Origin: a virus
Lineage: Duplodnaviria; Heunggongvirae; Uroviricota; Caudoviricetes
Reading direction: 5' to 3' (one strand)
Virus record (IMG/VR): IMGVR_UViG_3300012347_000366
Coordinates: 1 to 64,000 of that record
DNA length: 64,000 nucleotides
The stretch's first letter is position 1, and every line of letters starts with the position of its first letter. Shown here piece by piece: positions 25,821-34,462 of this stretch. The notes beneath the pieces are model-generated. The model had not been told where the DNA came from and searched no databases. It saw only the letters and a program-made list of their open reading frames with translations. The position numbers and the translations under genes are program-made.

Positions 25821-26311
25821 GCAACTTTTTTAACATTAACCCAAAATACGATCACAATCGTGATTGTGTAATCAGACAGCAACTAGAATGTCAAGTACAA
25901 TCTGGAGCCCACCTGCCCAAACGAGCTCACCCAACAGATGCTGGTGCTGACCTTTTTGCATGGCTTCCAGAAGGTGAATACCCTTGTATTGAAATCTATC
26001 CCGGCGAACAAAAACTTGTGGATACGGGTATAGCGATCAAAATTCCAGAAGGCTACGGAGGCTTTATTTTCAATCGCAGCTCGCAAGGGAAAAGAGGCAT
26101 TACAATCCCACATAGTGTTGGTGTAATTGACTCCGATTATCGTGGAAATTTAAAAGTTTTGCTAAAAAATATTTCAGAAGACCCTTATAAAATCGAGCAC
26201 GGCGACCGTATTGCTCAGCTGGTGATTATGCCAGTTTTGCTGCCTGAGTTTAAGGATATTTGGAACGATACTGCAAGAGGTGCTGGCGGTTTCGGCAGTA
26301 CTGGAACTTAA
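25817..26311 (+). CDS. dut: dUTPase
   Basis: Motif 3 GVIDSDYRG and C-terminal RGAGGFGSTG motif 5. Confidence 0.8.
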   Translation: MSNFFNINPKYDHNRDCVIRQQLECQVQSGAHLPKRAHPTDAGADLFAWLPEGEYPCIEIYPGEQKLVDTGIAIKIPEGYGGFIFNRSSQGKRGITIPHSVGVIDSDYRGNLKVLLKNISEDPYKIEHGDRIAQLVIMPVLLPEFKDIWNDTARGAGGFGSTGT

Positions 26312-26506
26312 ATGCAAGAATTAAAGTACGTGTTAGTAGCTGTAGTAGCTATACTCATTATATTAGTAAGTAGTTTGCATTATACCGCTAACGAAAATCG
26401 CAAAGCATATTATGCTTGCCTAGAGCTAAGTGAAAAATTAGCTGAACAACAAAAACAACCTGATGGTGGCGTACGTATTGTATCGCTGCCATACTGTAGA
26501 ACTTAA
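26312..26506 (+). CDS. small single-TM membrane protein
   Basis: Hydrophobic N-terminus. Confidence 0.4.
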   Translation: MQELKYVLVAVVAILIILVSSLHYTANENRKAYYACLELSEKLAEQQKQPDGGVRIVSLPYCRT

Positions 26507-26514
26507 GGAATTAG

Positions 26515-28482
26515 ATGAACACACCATCAACACGAGCGCAGGTAATTACACGTCGTACATATAATCGCCCAACTTCAGACGACGGAAAACAATTTGAAAC
26601 ATGGCAAGAAACGGTAGCTCGCGTTATCGATCACCAAGAGTGGTTGTGGGAACGAGCAGCAGGGCGCGAACTCAATGACCAAGAGTATGCAGAGCTTTAT
26701 GATCTTGAACAGCTAATGCTAGATCGCAAAGTATTGATGAGTGGTCGTACGCTTTGGCTTGGTGGAACTAATGTTGCTAAAACTCGTGAAGCATCGCAAT
26801 TTAATTGCAGCTTTACACACGTTGAAACAATCTATGACGTAGTTGATGTACTATGGTTGTTGTTACAAGGTTGTGGTGTTGGGTTCAAGCCAATTGTTGG
26901 AACACTAAACGGATTCTCAAAGCCAATTAAAAATATTCGAGTAGTGCGTAGTACTCGTACTGAAAAAGGTGGTAATGAACATAATACCGAAACGTTTGAT
27001 GCTGACACCAAGACTTGGACAATCACAGTTGGAGACAGCGCAGAGGCTTGGGCAAAGTCTATTGGTAAGCTGCTTGCGGGTAAGTATCCTGCTGATACTC
27101 TTGTGCTTGACTTTAGTCAGCTGCGACCTGCTGGTGAAAGGCTAAAAGGTTATGGATGGATTTCTAGTGGCGATGCGGCTATTAGCACTGCTTATATTGC
27201 TATTGCCAATATTCTTAATGGCCGTGCAGACAGCTTACTTACCCGTATGGATATTTTGGATATCGTTAACCACTTGGGTACTATTCTTAGCTCTCGCAGA
27301 AGTGCTGAAATTGCGCTGTTTGATTATGACCAACCTGAATGGCAGGAGTTTGCAGTAGCCAAGAAAGACTGGTGGTTGCACAACAATGCACATCGCACAC
27401 AGTCTAACAATAGCTTGGTATTTAAAAAGAAGCCACTAAAATCTGACTTAGAGCGTATCTTTGGCATGATGATTGAAGCAGGTGGATCAGAGCCGGGCTT
27501 TATCAATGAAGTTGAAGCACTACGTCGCGCTCCATGGTTCAAAGGCGCAAACCCTTGTGTTGAGATTTTGCTAGGCAACAAAGCGTTCTGTAACTTAACA
27601 GAAACTGATATTGCTAAGTTCAAGGGCGACACAGCGGGTTTACACGCAGCGATTAGACTTGCAGCCCGTGCAAACTATCGTCAAACCTGCGTTAACCTGC
27701 AGGACGGAATTCTTCAAGAGTCTTGGCATCTTAACAATTACTTCTTGCGTCTTTGCGGAGTTGGCTTAACAGGTATTGCAATGCGTCCAGACATGGGTAG
27801 CTATGATTACGAATACTTGAAGCGTACTGCTACTGGTGCTGCTATTGGTATGGCTCAAGAACTTGGCTTACCAGCACCTAAAAACGTTACTTGTATCAAG
27901 CCATCAGGCACCTTGTCAAAGATCATGGATACCACAGAAGGTGTTCACAAACCACTAGGAAAGTACATTTTCAACAATGTTCAATTTAGTAAGCATGACC
28001 CGGTGGTTGAGAAACTACGTGAAGCGGGTTACCGTGTTATTAATCATCCTGTTGATGATTCTGGAGTGCTTGTTACGTTTCCGGTGATGTGGGATGGAGT
28101 TCCATTCGACAAAGTAGCTGGAAAAGAAGTTAATCTTGAGTCAGCAATTGTACAACTTGAGCGTTACAAGCTGCTACAAACATCTTGGAACCAGCAAAAC
28201 ACGTCGGTAACTATCAGTTACGATCCAAGCGAAGTTCCTGGAATCATTGAGTGGTTGTTAGACAATTGGGATTGCTATGTTGGTGTGAGTTTCATCTACC
28301 GCACAGACCCAACTAAAACTGCCAAAGACCTTGGTTACTTGTACTTGCCACAAGAAGTTACTACAGAAGAAGCTTACATGGAATATGTAAAAACTTTAAC
28401 TACAGTTGATCTTAACAACACAAACAGCTTTGATGAAATCACTGATGCTGAATGTGCCACAGGCGCTTGCCCGATTAAATAA
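26515..28482 (+). CDS. ribonucleotide reductase, single-chain catalytic subunit, probably class II (B12-dependent) type
   Basis: Active-site loop GANPCVEIL (N-x-C-x-E), C-terminal Cys pair (CATGAC). No glycyl-radical RVxGY motif and no adjacent small-subunit gene. Confidence 0.6.
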   Translation: MNTPSTRAQVITRRTYNRPTSDDGKQFETWQETVARVIDHQEWLWERAAGRELNDQEYAELYDLEQLMLDRKVLMSGRTLWLGGTNVAKTREASQFNCSFTHVETIYDVVDVLWLLLQGCGVGFKPIVGTLNGFSKPIKNIRVVRSTRTEKGGNEHNTETFDADTKTWTITVGDSAEAWAKSIGKLLAGKYPADTLVLDFSQLRPAGERLKGYGWISSGDAAISTAYIAIANILNGRADSLLTRMDILDIVNHLGTILSSRRSAEIALFDYDQPEWQEFAVAKKDWWLHNNAHRTQSNNSLVFKKKPLKSDLERIFGMMIEAGGSEPGFINEVEALRRAPWFKGANPCVEILLGNKAFCNLTETDIAKFKGDTAGLHAAIRLAARANYRQTCVNLQDGILQESWHLNNYFLRLCGVGLTGIAMRPDMGSYDYEYLKRTATGAAIGMAQELGLPAPKNVTCIKPSGTLSKIMDTTEGVHKPLGKYIFNNVQFSKHDPVVEKLREAGYRVINHPVDDSGVLVTFPVMWDGVPFDKVAGKEVNLESAIVQLERYKLLQTSWNQQNTSVTISYDPSEVPGIIEWLLDNWDCYVGVSFIYRTDPTKTAKDLGYLYLPQEVTTEEAYMEYVKTLTTVDLNNTNSFDEITDAECATGACPIK

Positions 28483-28495
28483 ACCCAATTAAATT

Positions 28496-28678
28496 ATGAA
28501 CGACATTAAATTCACCTTATCTGATCTATCTATTGACGAAGTCAATGCTATTTTAGCAGCATTACAGGAATTGCCGGGTAAAATCTGCAATCCTATGACG
28601 CAAAAGATTCGACAACAAGCAGAAGCTCAAATTCCAAAGTCCGAGCCAACTATGCAAGACTTGGCTACACCAGCCTAA
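28496..28678 (+). CDS. hypothetical small protein
   Basis: ORF track. Confidence 0.35.
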   Translation: MNDIKFTLSDLSIDEVNAILAALQELPGKICNPMTQKIRQQAEAQIPKSEPTMQDLATPA

Positions 28679-28691
28679 GGTTTAGCCAAAC

Positions 28692-28727
28692 AAAAAGCCC
28701 CGTATATTGCTATACGGGGCTTTTTCT
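28692..28727. terminator. bidirectional rho-independent terminator between the convergent early (+) and late (-) transcription units
   Basis: AGCCCCGTATA-TTGC-TATACGGGGCT flanked by an A-run upstream and a T-run downstream. Confidence 0.7.
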
Positions 28728-29120
28728 TTATCCGTCCGAAGACTCCAGTAAGTTAGCTGCAAATACCAAGTCTTTGGCATCCGTTCGCTCACGCATGATT
28801 TGATCGCGCTTTTGAGTGCTCCAGGTGTAACCACCATCGCCACCCCACAAGTCCCATGCCACGCGTCCTTTGCTTGGAAAACCTTCTTCACCACTGTTAA
28901 ATCCAGTGGCTTTTTTGTCTACTTCATGACGAGAGAAGAAGCTATACATTCGTAGTACGGTTGTTCCAGTTAGTGGATCACGATCTTTTAGTTGATTAGC
29001 ACGAGCTAGCCCAACTAGTGTACCTCCTGGCTTACCTTCGTCTTTCCACTTTAGGGCACGTTTGGCTGCTGTAGCCATGCCTTCTGTAGGTGTATATGTT
29101 TCTGCCATATTATTCCTCAT
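28728..29120 (-). CDS. hypothetical protein
   Basis: ORF track. Confidence 0.45.
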   Translation of the reverse strand: MRNNMAETYTPTEGMATAAKRALKWKDEGKPGGTLVGLARANQLKDRDPLTGTTVLRMYSFFSRHEVDKKATGFNSGEEGFPSKGRVAWDLWGGDGGYTWSTQKRDQIMRERTDAKDLVFAANLLESSDG

Positions 29121-29604
29121 CTTTCGTGGGAGTTACAAAAGATACATTTGCATTATCTGGATCCATTGTAGGGTCTTCCCAATCATCACAAGTGCGTAGT
29201 GCACTGCAAGTAATTGACCAAAGAGTACATACTGCACTAGGCATACCTGCAATATCTGCCCATTTGGGAGTTACTGGCAGTTCGCTGGCCTTTAGTTGGG
29301 CACCGGGTGATGCTGGTAGTGCGCTCATGATTTCTGGACTATTATCATAGTGAGCGCAATTCATACAAAGTCGAGTGCGTGCTACACCTTCTGGTACGTT
29401 CCACAAACTCATTTTATCACCCCAATAGAGTACGCTGGGTTGACGTGGGTCAGCAGGACCAAGATTGGCACGTTCAATGCACACCAAATGGTTTGCTAAA
29501 TTTAAGTCTTTGTAGCGTAGTGCTACTGGTAGTGTATCTGCCATATTAATTCCTATAAGCCATAATAATCTGCTTACACATTTTACTACGTACAATATCT
29601 TCAT
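29110..29604 (-). CDS. hypothetical protein
   Basis: ORF track. Confidence 0.45.
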   Translation of the reverse strand: MKILYVVKCVSRLLWLIGINMADTLPVALRYKDLNLANHLVCIERANLGPADPRQPSVLYWGDKMSLWNVPEGVARTRLCMNCAHYDNSPEIMSALPASPGAQLKASELPVTPKWADIAGMPSAVCTLWSITCSALRTCDDWEDPTMDPDNANVSFVTPTKDEE

Positions 29605-30304
29605 CTAGGAATTCGATAACCTCGATTCCGTCGATACCTTCTAGCCGATCTACGGCATCTTCTAATCCTGAATCTGGAATATCTGATTGCTCAGTGTCTC
29701 CTGAAAAGATCATTTTACAATTTTTACCAATACGCGATAAAAGCATTTTCATTTCTTCACGAGTACAGTTTTGTGCCTCGTCAACTAACACAATGCAATT
29801 ATCAAATGTTGTACCTCGCAAAAACCCTAGTGGAGTAGGGTCAATGTCTTTTGACTTCAAGCAATATTCGTAAAAACCTTTTCCAAGCGCTTTTGTAAAG
29901 ATTGAGTCAAAAGGCAGTAAGTACGGTGCGTATTTCTCTTCTAAAGTACCTGGTAGGAATCCTAATCCACGGCCAGTTTCAATATTAGGTCGTGTTAGGA
30001 TAACTTTATCTATTCGCTTGTGAAATAACTCCGATGCAGCATAACTAGCTGCAATAAATGTTTTACCAGTACCAGCAGAGCCTATACCAAATATAACGTC
30101 GTTGTTTTTAATAGCGTCTAGATATTCACCTTGAACGAAGTTTAGTGGCTGAACTTCTTTAAAGGTATAATTACGTTGAGGGACAGGTTCGCTTAGTCCA
30201 GCGTGTTTCTCACTGCGCAGCCTAGATTTTTCCTCTTGCGAAGGGCGATTACTAGACTTCTTTGCTGGAAAGGTGCGATGGTTTTTACCACTATTTCTTG
30301 CCAT
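29546..30304 (-). CDS. phoH: PhoH-like ATPase
   Basis: Walker A GSAGTGKTF, Walker B VLVDEAQN, PhoH C-terminal region. Confidence 0.8.
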   Translation of the reverse strand: MARNSGKNHRTFPAKKSSNRPSQEEKSRLRSEKHAGLSEPVPQRNYTFKEVQPLNFVQGEYLDAIKNNDVIFGIGSAGTGKTFIAASYAASELFHKRIDKVILTRPNIETGRGLGFLPGTLEEKYAPYLLPFDSIFTKALGKGFYEYCLKSKDIDPTPLGFLRGTTFDNCIVLVDEAQNCTREEMKMLLSRIGKNCKMIFSGDTEQSDIPDSGLEDAVDRLEGIDGIEVIEFLDEDIVRSKMCKQIIMAYRN

Positions 30305-30327
30305 GTACTTCCTTGTTGGGTTATAAA

Positions 30328-30359
30328 GTAGGGTGTAAGTGTAAATTATACCACCCTAC
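30328..30359 (-). terminator. hairpin GTAGGGTG...CACCCTAC overlapping the phoH promoter -10; possible terminator for the upstream small-gene run
   Basis: 8-bp stem with a 16-nt loop; T-rich on the minus strand after the stem. Confidence 0.3.
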
Positions 30360-30373
30360 AAAAAATATGTCAA
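30345..30373 (-). promoter_or_regulatory. perfect consensus sigma70 promoter TTGACA-17-TATAAT (minus strand) upstream of phoH
   Basis: Plus-strand TGTCAA at 30368-30373 and ATTATA at 30345-30350, 17-nt spacer. Confidence 0.55.
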
Positions 30374-30381
30374 ATAAAAAT

Positions 30382-30585
30382 TTACTTAGCCTTTTTGTCC
30401 GGTACTTTTGTACCTTCAAGCTTTTCGTGAATTTTTACTTGCTTACATACTTGCTTGGTCTTTTTGGTTTTAGCATCAGTTTGGTCAATACAAACCTTTT
30501 TAGTTTCAGCTGCAAATGCTGGATGATTGTAGCTAAGTACAAACATACCTAAAACTACTAATACTGAATAAAATAATCGTTTCAT
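30382..30585 (-). CDS. small secreted Lys-rich protein (signal peptide, 2 Cys)
   Basis: N-terminal hydrophobic signal ending AFAA. Confidence 0.45.
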   Translation of the reverse strand: MKRLFYSVLVVLGMFVLSYNHPAFAAETKKVCIDQTDAKTKKTKQVCKQVKIHEKLEGTKVPDKKAK

Positions 30586-31050
30586 TTAAATCTCCGGTTG
30601 TGGGGCTGGTTGTGGAGCAGGCTTTCCATTGACCATACGAATTTCAGCCTGCGCCGATGTACCATTGAATCCTGGGGTTGTAGAAAATCCCGGTGAGAAT
30701 GATGGTTCTTGCTTAACTACAGGCGGCACGTAGCTGGTTTTAGCAGCAGCTGCCGCGTTGTCTTGTGCTTGTTTCATTAGTGCAATTGATGCATCTACTT
30801 CTTCCTTACTTCCACCCGCCAACATAATTCCTGATAATGTACCAGTTAAAAATGTAGCAATTGGCACAATTAATTCAAAAAACTTTTGGTCGATTGGACT
30901 GATTGCGTTTAGTGGTTGTGTTACAAATATCAAGCTATACAAAACAACAAAAACAATTCCTGTTAGTGTAAGGGCTAAACATACACCAATAAAGAACTTA
31001 AGACGAGCCATTAACTGCTCGTCGGTATAGATAAAACTATTATTTGACAT
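30586..31050 (-). CDS. membrane protein with two TM helices and a Pro/Ala-rich C-terminus (PAPQPAPQPEI)
   Basis: Two hydrophobic helices. Confidence 0.45.
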   Translation of the reverse strand: MSNNSFIYTDEQLMARLKFFIGVCLALTLTGIVFVVLYSLIFVTQPLNAISPIDQKFFELIVPIATFLTGTLSGIMLAGGSKEEVDASIALMKQAQDNAAAAAKTSYVPPVVKQEPSFSPGFSTTPGFNGTSAQAEIRMVNGKPAPQPAPQPEI

Positions 31051-31321
31051 TAGGGCACCCTGGAGTAGATTGATTTAGTTGTTGTTTGGCTAGTACATTT
31101 TGAGGCTCTTCTGGAGCACCTAAACGCGGATCACGCTGGCCTTTGAAAACATGCTCTGGACAGGTACGTGTTACATCACATTGTGGTTTTTGGCACATAG
31201 GCTTATCCCAGTTTGTTGGGTCTTGACATGGATATCTAAAGCGGTCGCCACCAAAAACCGCTAATCCAATTGGTAGTAGTAGCAAAAACGCCAACCACTT
31301 TACCATTCTTAAATCGTTCAT
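31040..31321 (-). CDS. small secreted or membrane-anchored Cys-rich protein (6 Cys)
   Basis: N-terminal hydrophobic segment; Cys-rich mature part. Confidence 0.45.
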   Translation of the reverse strand: MNDLRMVKWLAFLLLLPIGLAVFGGDRFRYPCQDPTNWDKPMCQKPQCDVTRTCPEHVFKGQRDPRLGAPEEPQNVLAKQQLNQSTPGCPNVK

Positions 31322-31322
31322 A

Positions 31323-31877
31323 TTACTTTCCTGCTAGTGGATTATCTATTGCTTTTTGTATTTTTGAGTCTACCGAGCTGGCTAACTTCTCAATCTTGTT
31401 ATCTGTATCTCGCTTTAACTTATCCATATCATCACGAGTACGCTGTATTGATTGCTCAACATTCTTGGCAACAAGTTTTAAGTCTTGGTCTGTTTCACGC
31501 TGTGCTACTTTTACTGCACGCTCTACTTGCTCTACTACACTTTCATTACGACGAATATCTGTTTTTAAGTCGTTTTTTATGTCACGAGTATAGTCAGTGG
31601 TTTTAGTAGAGTTTTCTTCGATCACAGCCAAACGCTTATCAAAATCCGATAGATCAGGACTTACGTACTCTGCTATCTTTTTCTTCATGCCTTGATAGTC
31701 TTTGTATACTTCAAAGGCTCCGTATAAACCTCCCAGCAATGAGCTAGCAAGTGTAAACGCTACCATTAATTTAGCAGGAGTAAACTCGTAACCGCCGATA
31801 CTAATAACAGTATCCTTACTAGCATATTTTTTAGTAGCAGCTTCTAGTTCCTCTACTTTTTTGTCTAAGTTTGACAT
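31323..31877 (-). CDS. membrane-anchored coiled-coil protein (one TM near residue 40, long charged helical C-terminal region)
   Basis: Hydrophobic segment AKLMVAFTLASSLLGGLYGAF then a heptad-rich, charged sequence. Confidence 0.45.
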   Translation of the reverse strand: MSNLDKKVEELEAATKKYASKDTVISIGGYEFTPAKLMVAFTLASSLLGGLYGAFEVYKDYQGMKKKIAEYVSPDLSDFDKRLAVIEENSTKTTDYTRDIKNDLKTDIRRNESVVEQVERAVKVAQRETDQDLKLVAKNVEQSIQRTRDDMDKLKRDTDNKIEKLASSVDSKIQKAIDNPLAGK

Positions 31878-31885
31878 AAGTCTCC

Positions 31886-32302
31886 TTACTTAGGTGTATT
31901 CTCAAAACGCAAGCTTTTGAGATTATTTAGTTCCCGTTCCAGACGTTGAACTTCAATACGCTTTTTCCGTAGCTCAAGCTGGTAGAGTTCATTGCAATCT
32001 AGGCGCTCTCGTGGTGCACCTATTGGTATAGTAATCCTGCCGTATACTCCAATATCTCTGGCTTGATTAACTGGACTAGTACTAACAGTATTTGGATTAC
32101 TGTTTATAACGCCCACAACACCAAACTCTACATTAGTGCTGGAACCTATTGCCATTGAACAGTCAAGACCATCTGCACGGAAGCTATCACTTTGATAACT
32201 ACCTGAGCTACCTGGTAGCGACAAATTTAATGAGTTGGCCTGTGCGTGTGCTAAACCTGTGGCAAACAGCAGTAAAATACCACAATATATTAATCTAATC
32301 AT
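31886..32302 (-). CDS. secreted protein (signal peptide ending GLAHA) with a C-terminal coiled coil
   Basis: Signal-peptide-like N-terminus. Confidence 0.45.
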   Translation of the reverse strand: MIRLIYCGILLLFATGLAHAQANSLNLSLPGSSGSYQSDSFRADGLDCSMAIGSSTNVEFGVVGVINSNPNTVSTSPVNQARDIGVYGRITIPIGAPRERLDCNELYQLELRKKRIEVQRLERELNNLKSLRFENTPK

Positions 32303-32691
32303 TATTTAACTTTAGAACATATTTTTGAGGAAATTACTGTATCTTTTACATCTTCACGTCTAAGACGTGATTCGGTGCAAATGTACACTACTTTTTTGAG
32401 ATCAGAGCTTTTAACATATACGCTTATCTTTTTGGTTTCCAAGTACTTTATGTGTATGATCTTACTTTCAGCTGCAAAACTTATTGGTTCCCAGTTTTCA
32501 GTAAATACTCCTAGTTCGTAGTACTCAACCTCTGAGCGTTTATTAAACAGTTCCATTTTTGTTTGAACAACACCGTCAACAAACGATTGCTCAAACTGAG
32601 GGTAGGTTGGTGTAAACTGATGTGAGTGTGCTAAACCACACACCCACATCAATCCAGCTATAATTATAGCACGCATAGTATTACAGGGCAA
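32302..32691 (-). CDS. secreted protein (signal peptide)
   Basis: Signal-peptide-like N-terminus MRAIIIAGLMWVCGLAHS. Confidence 0.45.
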   Translation of the reverse strand: MPCNTMRAIIIAGLMWVCGLAHSHQFTPTYPQFEQSFVDGVVQTKMELFNKRSEVEYYELGVFTENWEPISFAAESKIIHIKYLETKKISVYVKSSDLKKVVYICTESRLRREDVKDTVISSKICSKVK

Positions 32692-33172
32692 TACACTCGG
32701 CTAAAACAACTGCCTTATACTCACCTGCTGGAAACGACTTATTATAGCCGTACTGTGCTTTGGAAGTAGCACTGAACCATACTGTGCCAGGCACACTTAG
32801 GTCAATTTCAGTTGTGTTGTTGTACACTCGCTTGGTATTTGTATACGCAGACATACCTGCATCAGTAACCTTGCTGACCGCCACACTACCTACCCAAGTA
32901 ACTGAATCCGTTAGTGCTGGGCTAGAAGTAAATGCACTTGGTACTGTGATTAGTGCTTTGTAGAAACCTGCTTCTACAACATCGTATCTGATAACAGGAG
33001 TAACACCACCATCAGTACGCTCGGTACTTAGCATACCAGGGCCTGGGTTACCATATACTCCGGGTGTGTCGGTGTTAATAACACACTTAGATGAAACCAT
33101 GCCACGAATAGGCACTTCTGCGGCTTGTGCACTAAAGCACAGTGCCAGGGTTAGTAATAAAGATTTAATCAT
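32681..33172 (-). CDS. secreted beta-rich protein (signal peptide ending AQAA; Cys near each end), pilin or adhesin-like size
   Basis: Signal peptide; composition resembles small Ig-fold subunits. Inference only. Confidence 0.45.
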   Translation of the reverse strand: MIKSLLLTLALCFSAQAAEVPIRGMVSSKCVINTDTPGVYGNPGPGMLSTERTDGGVTPVIRYDVVEAGFYKALITVPSAFTSSPALTDSVTWVGSVAVSKVTDAGMSAYTNTKRVYNNTTEIDLSVPGTVWFSATSKAQYGYNKSFPAGEYKAVVLAECIAL

Positions 33173-34001
33173 TTTTTATTCCTTGATTATATTGTTGGTT
33201 AATCATCCTTGTGTGCAACAGCTCTTGACTATAATTAAGTCTTAAGCTATTCTTGGAATCTGGCAGTCGTTTATCTACTAGCTTTACGCTGTCGGAATAA
33301 ACTCCTCCAAATAATGCTCGGCTATAAGAAACCGGTAGTGTATTAGCTGACTCTAGCGCACGGGAAACTGTTAAGTCGGCTAACGAATTTGTTGCAGACT
33401 TTTTTAAAAGCTGTGGCTTTTTTAGTTGTTCAGACTCAAATAGCTGCTTAAAGGTTGCTTGTGTATCTTCAGTTTCTGAGACCAGTTTAGTTTCTGGCAA
33501 CTCTGTTTGTAAATTAGCCTGAATATTAGGCAAGGAGACTTTGTAGTTTGGGCAGCTTGGGTCAGTGGTAGTACTATCAAAACAAGTGTCATACCTATAA
33601 CTATAAAATACCTGTGGGTCTTGTATACTGCCTATGCCCGCAGTTGAAATCCTACCAGGACCCCACAAGTTAACAGGTATATTGTCTACTGCAACAGTTC
33701 GTGTTAGAGTATTCCCAGGTCTACCTGTCCAATCATCTTGTGATCTAAACACATAGCCTGTGTTTGTGGTGTTGGCATTTTCAACTGTTACTAGTAGTGG
33801 ATCTGGCGCAAGTTTTACAGCAGTATAGCGATAGCTAACAGCATTAACCGTTAGTCCTGTGTACTGTGGTAGTACTTGCGTCATTGCCCAAGTTAATCCT
33901 TGATCTGCAGCATTTTTTGTTTGAGCATTAAATGTTTCAGAGTAAGAGTAAGAGCAGCAAAGCAAGCAAACCACCAGCACCAAATAGTGTTTTAGTCTCA
34001 T
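33165..34001 (-). CDS. secreted protein (start taken at Met MRLKHYLVLVVCLL, which gives a signal peptide; ORF track 33165..34094)
   Basis: AAGGA Shine-Dalgarno 7 nt upstream of the ATG at 34001. Two Cys in the mature part. Confidence 0.45.
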   Translation of the reverse strand: MRLKHYLVLVVCLLCCSYSYSETFNAQTKNAADQGLTWAMTQVLPQYTGLTVNAVSYRYTAVKLAPDPLLVTVENANTTNTGYVFRSQDDWTGRPGNTLTRTVAVDNIPVNLWGPGRISTAGIGSIQDPQVFYSYRYDTCFDSTTTDPSCPNYKVSLPNIQANLQTELPETKLVSETEDTQATFKQLFESEQLKKPQLLKKSATNSLADLTVSRALESANTLPVSYSRALFGGVYSDSVKLVDKRLPDSKNSLRLNYSQELLHTRMINQQYNQGIKND

Positions 34002-34461
34002 TGCTTGTTCCTTGAGTGTTTTGTTTAATACCAGGCTGTTGTGCTTCATTGGCTTTCCAAGCTGCACGAGCCTCAGAACCAATAGCTCCGTCATAAGGAC
34101 AAGGAGTACCAGCCATCATCATTGCATCAAACACACGTCGATCTTGACAAAGTGTTGAAACTGCTGCTACCTTCATGCCCATGTCATAAAGCGTTTTTGA
34201 TAGCTTTAAGCGTTCGCAGTTAAGGTCAATTACAGTAGCTCCAGCACTAATACCCAAGATTTGGGTTTGTACAGCACCAGCTACACCCACAGTACACAAA
34301 TCAGTATTAGCTGTGTTTATGGTAGGGCTTATAGCACTGGCTGGAGGCGATTTAACAGTACTGTCACTACGACTGGTCACAGTACTGTTTGTGTTTACAT
34401 CTTGTGCATGTACTGTACCTGTGACTAGTAGTGAAACCGCTAAGATAAGTTGCTTTAGCAA
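33937..34461 (-). CDS. secreted Ser/Thr-rich protein (signal peptide ending VHA). Its 3' end overlaps the next gene by ~64 nt, out of frame
   Basis: Signal peptide; four Cys. Confidence 0.45.
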   Translation of the reverse strand: MLKQLILAVSLLVTGTVHAQDVNTNSTVTSRSDSTVKSPPASAISPTINTANTDLCTVGVAGAVQTQILGISAGATVIDLNCERLKLSKTLYDMGMKVAAVSTLCQDRRVFDAMMMAGTPCPYDGAIGSEARAAWKANEAQQPGIKQNTQGTSNETKTLFGAGGLLALLLLLLL

Positions 34462-34462
34462 G

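Noticed and set aside
33937-34000. C-terminal GAGG plus poly-Leu tail of ORF 33937..34461, which looked like a GlyGly-CTERM or tail-anchor sorting signal
   Set aside because: It is the out-of-frame translation of the next gene's signal peptide. There is no basic cluster after the helix, so it is more likely an overlap artefact than a sorting signal.
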